This document shows positions 17,951-26,566 of a stretch of 33,770 nt of DNA, in pieces. Under the pieces are notes generated by a model, which had not been told where the DNA came from, searched no databases, and saw nothing but the letters and a program-made list of their open reading frames with translations. The DNA is from Halanaerobium sp. (GTDB lineage: Bacteria > Bacillota > Halanaerobiia > Halanaerobiales > Halanaerobiaceae): assembly GCA_003070825.1 (NCBI GenBank), contig QBLP01000001.1:1-33770 (forward strand), given 5' to 3'. The first letter of the stretch is position 1. The number at the start of each line of letters is the position of its first letter. The translations under genes were made by a program, and so were the position numbers.

Positions 17951-18051
17951 GTGCACGCACCGTGAACCTGTCGGTTTTTATGTTTTTTTGTCTAAAACAC
18001 CCCGCTTTCGACTAATTGCGACATAAATCGGGTGGTTCCCGGTGCATGTAC
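17951..18051. repeat. 101-bp GC-rich inverted-repeat element (REP/REPIN-like or structured RNA)
   Basis: GTGCACGCACCGTGAACC (17951-17968) versus the reverse complement of 18034-18051 (GTACATGCACCGGGAACC): 15/18 match, with pairing continuing inward (TTTATGT/ACATAAA). Confidence 0.6.
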
Positions 18052-18052
18052 G

Positions 18053-18991
18053 TTAATCGTTTAAAAGGCCCTGAATAATTACATCAGAAGCTTCTTCTTC
18101 ATCTAAGCCGTGAGCCATCAGAGTCTGCAGCTGGGTGCTGTCTACACTACCAATTGCTGCCTCATGAGTCACCTTTGCCTCAGGATGGCGGACATCTACT
18201 ATTGGAATTGCCCGAGCAACTGCCTGATCCTTAATAATCTCAGTACAGTCCACATGTCCCATCGCATCTGCCGCATCTGCTGTCAGCTCATTGTAAATTT
18301 CAGCTTCTGCCTGATCCTTTATAGCAATCTTAGAATCCAGAATTCCTCTGGCGGACTCACCATTTAAATGAGCCGCCTCCCGTATTTTAATCAGGTCATC
18401 TTTTTGACCGCTGATCCGAGCCAACATTTCAACAGTTCCATGCTCTGCTATCTCAGCTTCATAATCAAAATCAATTTTTCCAACTCTACCTTTAAGCAGA
18501 TCAAATTTGGTCACCAGTTTTCCGTAGGCTTCAACATTAATATCAGATTTAGCAATTACTTCTACCCCACCATTATCTCCGTGAAAATGGTGCTCCTTAT
18601 AAATGTAGCTGCCGCCTTCACCAATATTAATCACCGCATCCATGATATGCTGAACTTTAACAGCGTTGGGAAATACACAGTCAGCTCTTACTTCTACCTG
18701 GGCATCTTTCTGGATATCAACATTCATATCTATAATTTGCTTACCTTCTTTAGGCAGAACCCCAAAACACATATGCACCGGGTTTTTGATTTTATATCCT
18801 TCTCTGACGGTAACCTTAACCCTTACTTTATTAGCTTCGACTTTGTCAGCTTCAACTTCAAGTCCTTCAACAGCATGCATGCCGAGAATTCTGTCCTGTT
18901 CTAAAACTACATGTGCTACTTCACTGTCAGAAAAAATATCATCTCCACCTGCATCTTTGTAGGCATCGACCATCATTTCGTAGTCATTCAT
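18053..18991 (-). CDS. smsB: SufB/SufD-like scaffold of a minimal SUF-like system (SmsB-type)
   Basis: 312 aa. PVHMCFG, GHVDCTEII, AIPIV, VTHEAAIGSVD..QLQTLMA.GL.EE. Shorter than SufB and translationally coupled to a SufC-like gene. Confidence 0.75.
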   Translation of the reverse strand: MNDYEMMVDAYKDAGGDDIFSDSEVAHVVLEQDRILGMHAVEGLEVEADKVEANKVRVKVTVREGYKIKNPVHMCFGVLPKEGKQIIDMNVDIQKDAQVEVRADCVFPNAVKVQHIMDAVINIGEGGSYIYKEHHFHGDNGGVEVIAKSDINVEAYGKLVTKFDLLKGRVGKIDFDYEAEIAEHGTVEMLARISGQKDDLIKIREAAHLNGESARGILDSKIAIKDQAEAEIYNELTADAADAMGHVDCTEIIKDQAVARAIPIVDVRHPEAKVTHEAAIGSVDSTQLQTLMAHGLDEEEASDVIIQGLLND

Positions 18992-19740
18992 CAGCTGGCC
19001 ACCTCCGTCTCACACTCTTCTTCTTTGGCACAGGGAAAACAGAACGATTTAAAATATTCGCTGATATCTGCTGGGTCACCCTGACGAATGATTTCTCCTT
19101 CACAGACTAAAGCTGCCTTATCTGCATACTGCAGCATCTCCTCAGAATGAGTTATTAAAAGCAGGCCACTGCCTGAATCCTTAAAATACTTAATCATATC
19201 TGCAATATTATTTAGAGCAACTATATCAACGCCAGAATCCGGCTCATCTAAAATTATCAGCTCCGGATGCATTAAAATTAAGGAAGCTAGCTCAATTCTT
19301 TTTCTTTCTCCTCCACTCAAACTTTTATCGACAAAGCGGTTTAAATACTGATAGGGATTAATTGCCACCTTATTTAAGGCATCCCGAAGCTTTTCTTCTG
19401 TTACTTCTTCACCTTTGCTTCTTAAACCTAGTGCTAAAAACTCTCTCACAGTTACTCCCTGATAGCGGGCTGGTTCCTGCCAGGCTAAGGTTATTCCTTT
19501 TTTGGCCCTCTGATTAATTTTTAAGTCATTGATTTTTTCACCCTTATAAAGAATCTCTCCTTTTTGCGGGTGGTAATTATTGATCCCCATCAGAGTGTAA
19601 GCCAGTGTTGATTTCCCACAGCCATTTGGCCCAATTAAGGCAAATACTTCTCCTTTTTCCAGGGAAAATTCCATCCCCCGTAAAATTTCTGCATCTTCAA
19701 TTTTTAGATGCAGGTCTTTAACTTCTAATAATTTCGACAT
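18991..19740 (-). CDS. smsC: SufC-like ABC ATPase with a Cys-rich C-terminus (SmsC-type)
   Basis: GPNGCGKSTLA, LAWQEP, LSGGERKR, LDEPDSGVDI, C-terminal C-x20-C-x2-C. Start placed at ATG 19740 from AGGAGG spacing. Confidence 0.78.
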   Translation of the reverse strand: MSKLLEVKDLHLKIEDAEILRGMEFSLEKGEVFALIGPNGCGKSTLAYTLMGINNYHPQKGEILYKGEKINDLKINQRAKKGITLAWQEPARYQGVTVREFLALGLRSKGEEVTEEKLRDALNKVAINPYQYLNRFVDKSLSGGERKRIELASLILMHPELIILDEPDSGVDIVALNNIADMIKYFKDSGSGLLLITHSEEMLQYADKAALVCEGEIIRQGDPADISEYFKSFCFPCAKEEECETEVAS

Positions 19741-19760
19741 CATACTCCTCCTTATATGAA

Positions 19761-19847
19761 CCACCGTTTACCAAAACATTTTTTGCCAAATATTTATCTA
19801 ACAAACTCAAACTTATAAATGGTAATTTATGGTTCCGTAAACGGTGG
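19761..19847. repeat. 11-bp perfect inverted repeat with a 65-bp spacer
   Basis: CCACCGTTTAC (19761-19771) / GTAAACGGTGG (19837-19847). Confidence 0.6.
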
Positions 19848-19860
19848 CTACACACTTTAT

Positions 19861-21084
19861 TTATTCCATTCCTAAAAATTCATTGATTTTGTCTGCATGA
19901 TAACCGGGTATAATCAAATGATGATTACCAATCGCATCATTTAAAAAGTAGTCCGAACTCTGCGGAAGCGATATTTTAAGCTGAGTTCTACAGGCATTGG
20001 GAGAATCCATGTTTTCAATAATTTCTCCTTCTGCCACAAAATACTGCTCCAGTCCGGCTCCACCAATCTTAAATACTGTAACCGGCCCCTCTTCTAAAAT
20101 CCCCTGAATTCCAACTCCAATACCAGTTTCAAAGTGCGAGCGGATAATGTAATCCTTGCTGATATCTGTAGCTACAGTGCAGTGGGCAAAAAGAATTTCA
20201 TCATTTTTTTTATCTATTGCCGCCGGGTTAGCCATAAAGGGCATCTGCCCGGTTAACTGATGGGCTAAAAACATGGTAAAAGCAGCCGGAACATCACCCT
20301 CACAGCCAGCAACCAACCCTTCATTATTTAAAAGGGCCAGGGCCAGACAGCCGGTGGTATTTAATTCCATTACAATATCAAAACAGCGAATTGTCAGTGC
20401 ATCTAAGTCATTAGCATAAACAACTTCTTTTAAAGCCAGATAAATTTTTGCAGCCTCAACCAGATCAGCTTCATTGCTCTCCACAATTTCTGCAGCATTT
20501 TCTAAGAAATCAGCTGCTATTCTTTTAGCCTTAGCAGAATCAACCTGCTCCAGGGCCTGATAAACTTCCTCAAGTTCGATATCCACAAATTCAGTTCCCC
20601 AGTGGTGAGCAGCATGCTGATAATCAATCTGACTACCGATCAACCAGTCTGAAGGCTGACCAATAACTCCAAGTCTTGCCTCAGCAATTCGGTCCCTTAC
20701 CTGCTTATAGGCAGCCAGTTCTTCAATTTCTACAACTAAATCTTCCATTTCTCCGTGTAAAATTTTCCCATCCAAACCCTCAGCATTCAAAAAGCTCAAT
20801 ATTTCTAGAGATGCGGGAAGCGAATTATGCAGCTCAGTCGCTAATAGGTAGGACGGCTGGGGCAGATAGTCAACATTTTCTGCAAAAATACTCTCTGAGC
20901 CCCCTGATTTAATAAAATTGATTGTTAAATCAAATTCATCAAAATCAGTAAAAGGAATCTCATCGACCTTTATTTCTTCCAACTCAAAGTTATCATTTAA
21001 TACCTTATACTTATCCTCTAATGTCTCATCTATTCTATCTTCATCATGAATCTCAGACACAATAGAAACCAGTGCTATTTTCAT
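19861..21084 (-). CDS. L-fucose/L-arabinose isomerase-like protein, substrate unknown
   Basis: SGGSE, NSLPASLEI, IRCF, GCEGD, FAHC, SHFE, CRTQ, GNHH motifs of the short FucI/AraA-like family. Confidence 0.7.
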   Translation of the reverse strand: MKIALVSIVSEIHDEDRIDETLEDKYKVLNDNFELEEIKVDEIPFTDFDEFDLTINFIKSGGSESIFAENVDYLPQPSYLLATELHNSLPASLEILSFLNAEGLDGKILHGEMEDLVVEIEELAAYKQVRDRIAEARLGVIGQPSDWLIGSQIDYQHAAHHWGTEFVDIELEEVYQALEQVDSAKAKRIAADFLENAAEIVESNEADLVEAAKIYLALKEVVYANDLDALTIRCFDIVMELNTTGCLALALLNNEGLVAGCEGDVPAAFTMFLAHQLTGQMPFMANPAAIDKKNDEILFAHCTVATDISKDYIIRSHFETGIGVGIQGILEEGPVTVFKIGGAGLEQYFVAEGEIIENMDSPNACRTQLKISLPQSSDYFLNDAIGNHHLIIPGYHADKINEFLGME

Positions 21085-21145
21085 TTTATTACCTCCAGCT
21101 TAGCTAAATGTTTTTTAATTTAGGTTCTAAGTTTACTCTACATCT

Positions 21146-21174
21146 ATTATATTTAATCTATATGCTTTAAGCAA
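21146..21174 (-). promoter_or_regulatory. Sigma-A promoter upstream of the isomerase-like gene
   Basis: TTGCTT (21169-21174)-17 bp-TATAAT (21146-21151). Confidence 0.55.
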
Positions 21175-21226
21175 ACAAAAGTGAAAATTTTTACTGGCTG
21201 TGATTTATTTATCAATTATCAGCAAG

Positions 21227-21253
21227 AAAAAGACCGCCCTTAAAGACGGCCTC
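21227..21253 (-). terminator. Intrinsic terminator after glgA
   Basis: Minus strand GAGGCCGTCTTTAAGGGCGGTC followed by T5. Confidence 0.75.
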
Positions 21254-21277
21254 AATCTTTTTTTGATTGTCTAATCC

Positions 21278-23056
21278 TTAAACAGTTAAGATAGCTGAAA
21301 TTTTTTGATATTTTTTCTTACCAATTCCTTTAACTTTAGTCAACTCAGATTTCTTTTTAAAATCTCCATTTTCTTCACGGTAGACAACTATTCTTTCCGC
21401 ATAGGCATTACCAATACCCGGGAGTTCTGCCAGTTCCGAAACTGAAGCCTGATTGATATTAATCTGTTTTTTCTTTTTAGGTCCCGGCTTCTTTTTTGCA
21501 GCCTCAGCTTTTTTAGCCTTAGGTCTGGCTGCTTTGCTTTCTTTACTTTCAGGTTGATAAACCTTGATCTCAAACTCTGAGTCTCCAACAGGCTTAGCCT
21601 TCTCTTTTCCAGCCCCTGTCAGCTGATTATAAAGTTTTGAATATTTCTTGGCTGAATTATGCCAGCTGTAGTCAAGATCCATCACCCGATTGACCAGCTT
21701 ATTCCAGACTCCTTTCTGATAATAGAAGGAAACTGCTCTTTCAATTGTGTGCAGCATGTCGTGAGCATTATAATTGTTGAAGCTGAAACCTGTGCCTTCT
21801 CCTGTTTCTTCATTATAAGGAATTACAGTATCCTTTAAACCACCGGTTTCCCTAACAACCGGAATTGTACCATAGCGGAAACTAATCAGCTGACTTAAAC
21901 CACAGGGTTCAAAACGTGAGGGCATTAAGAACATGTCACTACCTGCATAAATCTGATCTGCCAGCTGAGCATCATATTTAATATTTACAGAAAGATTATC
22001 CGGATATTCATGCTGTTTGGCTTCAAAAAATTCCTCGTATTCTCTCTGTCCTGTTCCCAGAATCAAAAACTGAGCTCCAGTTGCCATAATCTCATCAAAA
22101 ACAGCCCTTACCAGGTCCAGTCCCTTCTGTTCAACCATTCTCGAAATAAATCCAATTAGTGGTTTATCACCGTTTACTTCCAGTCCAAGTTTCTGCTGAA
22201 TATGAACCTTATTGGCCAGTTTTTTGTCAATCTCACCTTTTGAAAAGCGCACTGCCAGGTTCTTATTTGTCTTGGGGTCAAACTTCTCGTAGCTGATACC
22301 GTTTAAAATACCGCTTAAATCATCTCCACGCATTCTTAGAGCATAATCCAGACCTTCACCATAATAGGATGTCTGAATCTCATTTGCATAACTTTCACTT
22401 ACTGTTGTCACATGATCAGCGTACACAATCCCTGTCTTCATATAGTTCAAAAGACCATTGTGTCTGATATTTCCACTTTCCCAGTGGTGTGGGGCCACTC
22501 CTAAAACATCTCCGGCTGAATGACCGGCAAACTGTCCCTGATATTTGAGATTATGAATAGTAAAGACCGTTTTAATATCCTGATAATAACTCTGCTGACG
22601 ATAACGGTCAGCAAAAAGCAGTGGTAGTGGACCTGTCTGCCAGTCATTGGCATGAATAATATCCGGCTTAAAACCAATTACAGGCAGCATATCTAAAACA
22701 GCCTGTGAGAAAAATGCAAACTGCTCATGCTTATCTTCATTTTCATAGATTGAATCGCGATCAAAATAATATCTATTGTCTATAAAATAAACTGGAACTC
22801 CATCCTCTTCCAGTCTGTTAACACCTAAATATGTATCTCTCCAGGCTAACTTTGTTCTAAAATGGCAGACTGATTCCATTCTTTCTTTATATTCTTCCGG
22901 AATCTGCCTGTACTGTGGAATAACCAGCCTTACATCATGGCCTTCTTCTCTGAGAGCCTGTGGTAATGAACCAGCTACATCAGCCAGCCCCCCAGTTTTA
23001 ATAAATGGGTCCGCCTCTGAAGCAACAAATAAAATTTTCTTTTTTTCTTTTTTCAT
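21278..23056 (-). CDS. glgA: Glycogen synthase (GT5) with a C-terminal Lys-rich linker and a ComEA-like HhH domain
   Basis: KTGGLADV, HANDWQT, TIHNL.YQG, SRMVEQKG, PSRFEPCGL in about the first 480 aa. An extra 112 aa end in ININQAS..L..LPGIG..A.RIV.YR...G.F....L..VKGIG. Confidence 0.95.
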   Translation of the reverse strand: MKKEKKKILFVASEADPFIKTGGLADVAGSLPQALREEGHDVRLVIPQYRQIPEEYKERMESVCHFRTKLAWRDTYLGVNRLEEDGVPVYFIDNRYYFDRDSIYENEDKHEQFAFFSQAVLDMLPVIGFKPDIIHANDWQTGPLPLLFADRYRQQSYYQDIKTVFTIHNLKYQGQFAGHSAGDVLGVAPHHWESGNIRHNGLLNYMKTGIVYADHVTTVSESYANEIQTSYYGEGLDYALRMRGDDLSGILNGISYEKFDPKTNKNLAVRFSKGEIDKKLANKVHIQQKLGLEVNGDKPLIGFISRMVEQKGLDLVRAVFDEIMATGAQFLILGTGQREYEEFFEAKQHEYPDNLSVNIKYDAQLADQIYAGSDMFLMPSRFEPCGLSQLISFRYGTIPVVRETGGLKDTVIPYNEETGEGTGFSFNNYNAHDMLHTIERAVSFYYQKGVWNKLVNRVMDLDYSWHNSAKKYSKLYNQLTGAGKEKAKPVGDSEFEIKVYQPESKESKAARPKAKKAEAAKKKPGPKKKKQININQASVSELAELPGIGNAYAERIVVYREENGDFKKKSELTKVKGIGKKKYQKISAILTV

Positions 23057-23140
23057 GGAGCCACCTCCTGTGATTATAAAAAATGATTCTAGCTACTGTC
23101 TGCTTATTTACAAAATCAACTAAATTATATTCTTATCCTT

Positions 23141-23169
23141 AGTTTAATAAAAGTCAAGAATAATGTCAA
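23141..23169 (-). promoter_or_regulatory. Probable sigma-A promoter for glgA
   Basis: TTGACA (23164-23169)-17 bp-TAAACT (23141-23146). Confidence 0.5.
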
Positions 23170-23321
23170 CTAAATCGTTTTTTTAGGAAATAGTAATAAT
23201 TTGACAGATATCAGCTGATTAATTAAAGGAAATTTAGAGGAAATAGAGAATAAATACAATACAACAGCAGATTTATAAATACTTAAAATAAATTTTTTTT
23301 TAGATTTAAGGAGGGAGTTTA

Positions 23322-25301
23322 ATGCCAAAAAATAATTATCCTGGTGATTATGACAGATATTTATTTCATCAGGGCAGACATTATGAGAGTTATGATTTTT
23401 TAGGCTCACATATTACAGAGGAAAAAGGAAAAAAAGGAGTTCGCTTTACAGTCTGGGCACCAAATGCAGAAGAAATAAGTGTAATTGGTGATTTTAATGA
23501 CTGGAATAAAAGTAAAAACCCAATGCAAAAAATCGAAGACTCCGGTATCTGGACTACATTTATTGAAGGTGCAGAAAACAAAATGCACTATAAATACTGG
23601 ATTCGAGGCTACAGGGGTGTTGTTCGGGTTAAAACAGATCCCTATGCAAAAAGACAGGAAACACCTCCCAAGACAGCTTCTCAAATCTATGAGCCTGATA
23701 CATACAGCTGGAGTGATCAAAAATGGCTTAAAAAAAGAAAAAATTCCAATCACCTCAAGGAGCCTCTGAGCATCTATGAAATGCATCTTGGTTCCTGGAA
23801 GCAGGATGATGGAGAATTGATGAATTACAGAGATATTGCCGATGAACTGGTTCCCTATATTAATGAAATGGGCTTTACCCATGTCGAGCTGATGCCTTTA
23901 ACTGAATATCCATTTCCCGGCTCCTGGGGATATCAGACCACAGGCTATTTTGCTCTCACTTCTCGTTATGGAACTCTCGAAGACTTTATGTATTTTGTTG
24001 ACCAGCTGCACCAAAATGATATCGGCGTAATTATGGACTGGGTACCCAGTCACTTCTGTAAAGATGATCACGGCCTGCGTTTATTTGACGGCTCTCATCT
24101 TTTCGAAAGCTCTGATCCCAGAAGAGCAGAAAATATTCAGTGGGATACTTTAAATTTTGATTTTGCTCAAAATGAAATCTGGAGCTTTTTGATTTCCAGT
24201 GCCAATTACTGGATCGATAAATTCCATATAGATGGTTTAAGGGTTGATGCAGTCAGTAACATGCTCTATTTAAATTATGAAAAAGAGGACGGCCAGTGGG
24301 CTGCCAATGAGTATGGGGGCTTTGAAAATCTGGAAGCAATCGAATTCATTAAAGAATTGAACAGTGAAATGTTTGAACGCTACCCCGGCATCTTAATGAT
24401 TGCCGAAGAATCAAGTGCCTGGCCGCTGGTTACAGCTCCTGTCCATGATGGCGGTCTCGGCTTTAATTTCAAATGGAATATGGGCTGGATGAATGATACT
24501 TTAGATTATATGGAAAATGATCCGGTTTATAGAAAATGGGAACATAACAAGCTAACCTTCTCCAGTATGTACAGTCAGAGTGAAAATTATGTGCTGCCAA
24601 TGTCACACGATGAAGTTGTCCATGGTAAAAAATCACTGCTTGATAAAATGCCTGGAGATTACTGGCAGAAGTTTGCCAATTTACGACTTCTATTTACCTA
24701 CATGTACGCCCATCCTGGCAAAAAACTTCTCTTTATGGGCGGGGAATTTGGTCAATTTATTGAATGGAATTATAAACAGGATTTGGACTGGCTTTTACTT
24801 GACTACGAAAAACATCAGTTAACCCAGGATTTTATGCAGGAATTAAATCAGGTTTATCGTAAAGAAAAAGCTCTCTGGGAACTTGATCATGAACATGCAG
24901 GTTTCCGTTGGATAGAAGCAGATGACTATGAACAGAGCGTAATCAGTTTTATCAGGAATTCTGAAAACGAAGCCCAGCAGCTGGTAATTATTTTAAACTT
25001 TACTCCAGTTCCCAGAGATAAATACCGCATTGGAGTACCTGGACCGGGAGAATATGAGCTGCTCTTAAACAGTGATCAAAAAGTTTTTGGTGGTTCAGAT
25101 TATGAAACTGCTGCCAGAGTTAAAACTGAAGAAATTCCTTATCACGGTTTTGATCATTCTATCAGCATCAATCTACCACCCCTGGCTGGAATCTACTTAA
25201 AGTATAAGCAGCAAACTAAAAAGAACGAAAAAACTAAGAAGCTCAAAAAATCAACCCAGGAAAAGAAAGTATCCGAAACTAAAAATTCTAGAAAGAAGTA
25301 G
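23322..25301 (+). CDS. glgB: 1,4-alpha-glucan branching enzyme (GH13) with a Lys-rich C-terminal tail
   Basis: FTVWAPNA, IYEMHLGSW, SWGYQ, DWVPSHF, GLRVDAV, IAEESS, SHDEVVHGK. Confidence 0.96.
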   Translation: MPKNNYPGDYDRYLFHQGRHYESYDFLGSHITEEKGKKGVRFTVWAPNAEEISVIGDFNDWNKSKNPMQKIEDSGIWTTFIEGAENKMHYKYWIRGYRGVVRVKTDPYAKRQETPPKTASQIYEPDTYSWSDQKWLKKRKNSNHLKEPLSIYEMHLGSWKQDDGELMNYRDIADELVPYINEMGFTHVELMPLTEYPFPGSWGYQTTGYFALTSRYGTLEDFMYFVDQLHQNDIGVIMDWVPSHFCKDDHGLRLFDGSHLFESSDPRRAENIQWDTLNFDFAQNEIWSFLISSANYWIDKFHIDGLRVDAVSNMLYLNYEKEDGQWAANEYGGFENLEAIEFIKELNSEMFERYPGILMIAEESSAWPLVTAPVHDGGLGFNFKWNMGWMNDTLDYMENDPVYRKWEHNKLTFSSMYSQSENYVLPMSHDEVVHGKKSLLDKMPGDYWQKFANLRLLFTYMYAHPGKKLLFMGGEFGQFIEWNYKQDLDWLLLDYEKHQLTQDFMQELNQVYRKEKALWELDHEHAGFRWIEADDYEQSVISFIRNSENEAQQLVIILNFTPVPRDKYRIGVPGPGEYELLLNSDQKVFGGSDYETAARVKTEEIPYHGFDHSISINLPPLAGIYLKYKQQTKKNEKTKKLKKSTQEKKVSETKNSRKK

Positions 25302-25333
25302 TTTAGCTTCAATTTTCAAAGGAGGTAATAAAT

Positions 25334-26527
25334 ATGCCAAAAGAAGAAATGGTGGCCATGCTGCTTGCCGGCGGTAAAGGTACACGGCTGGGGGTTTTAA
25401 CAAAAAACATTGCCAAACCTGCAGTCCCCTTTGGTGCCGAATACAGGCTAATTGACTTTCCCTTAAGTAACTGTACAAATTCTGGAATCACAACTGTTGG
25501 TGTATTAACTCAGTATAAACCACTGGTTTTAAACAGCTATATAGGCAGCGGCAGCTCCTGGGACCTCGACCGCCACAATGGAGGAGTCACAGTCCTTCCT
25601 CCTTATGTTAAAGAAGGTGGAGGCTCCTGGTATAAAGGAACTGCAGATGCAATTTATCAAAATATAGAATTTATCGACATCCATGACCCAGAATATGTAC
25701 TGGTGCTTTCTGGAGACCACATTTATAAAATGGACTATGCAGAGATGTTAAATTACCACAAGGCTAAAAATGCTGATATCTCTATTGGAGTTCTCGAAGT
25801 CCCCTGGGAAGAAACCCACCGCTTTGGGATAATGAACACCAATGAAGATCAAAAAATCATTGAATTCCAGGAAAAACCAGAAAATGCTAAAAACAATCTG
25901 GCCTCAATGGGAATTTATATTTTCAACTGGGAATATTTGCGTAAATATCTGATTGAGGAAGCCGAAGAAAATGATGATTCAGCCGGTGATTTTGGCCACA
26001 ATATTATTCCCAAAATGATGGCTGATAATCTCAACTTCTATGCCTATACGTTTAGAGATTACTGGAAGGATGTAGGAACCATAGAAAGTTACTGGCATGC
26101 TCATATGGATCTCTTAGGCGAAAAACCTGAGCTTGATCTGCAGGATCGAAATTGGGTTATCTATAGTGTTAATCCCAACCGTCCTCCCCAGTATCTCTCG
26201 GAGGATGCGGTGGTAGATAATTCAATGATCAATAAAGGAACTCAAATAATGGGAACAGTTAAAAACTCTGTTCTCTTCTATGGAGTTAAGGTAGCCCAGG
26301 ATGCAGTTGTTGAAGATTCTGTCATCCTGCCCAACACCAGAATCAGCAGTGGAGCTCAGATTAAGAACTCTATTGTTGGCAGAAATGTAATAGTCGAAAA
26401 AGATTCGAAAATAGGAATCGAAGCAGCTGAGGAAAATACTGAGGATGAATTAAAGATCACTGTAATCGGTGATGATGAGGTCATTCCAGAAGCCTCAAAT
26501 ATTAAAGCAGGAATGGTGGTGGGATAA
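25334..26527 (+). CDS. glgC: Glucose-1-phosphate adenylyltransferase
   Basis: [47 protein letters not shown]. Confidence 0.96.
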   Translation: MPKEEMVAMLLAGGKGTRLGVLTKNIAKPAVPFGAEYRLIDFPLSNCTNSGITTVGVLTQYKPLVLNSYIGSGSSWDLDRHNGGVTVLPPYVKEGGGSWYKGTADAIYQNIEFIDIHDPEYVLVLSGDHIYKMDYAEMLNYHKAKNADISIGVLEVPWEETHRFGIMNTNEDQKIIEFQEKPENAKNNLASMGIYIFNWEYLRKYLIEEAEENDDSAGDFGHNIIPKMMADNLNFYAYTFRDYWKDVGTIESYWHAHMDLLGEKPELDLQDRNWVIYSVNPNRPPQYLSEDAVVDNSMINKGTQIMGTVKNSVLFYGVKVAQDAVVEDSVILPNTRISSGAQIKNSIVGRNVIVEKDSKIGIEAAEENTEDELKITVIGDDEVIPEASNIKAGMVVG

Positions 26528-26566
26528 ATGATGATGACACCGATCTATAAAAAAGGCGGAGCAAAT

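Noticed and set aside
17903-18052. TPP or other known riboswitch ahead of the NMT1/SsuA-like transporter
   Set aside because: There is no CTGAGA core or other known aptamer signature, and no expression-platform terminator.
21278-21616. A separate comEA competence gene downstream of glgA
   Set aside because: There is no stop after the GT5 domain, no convincing internal start/RBS, no TM anchor or SLBB domain, and no comEB/comEC neighbours.
23170-23409. 79-aa minus-strand ORF in the glgA-glgB gap
   Set aside because: It overlaps the glgB start and the divergent promoter region, and has no RBS or motif.
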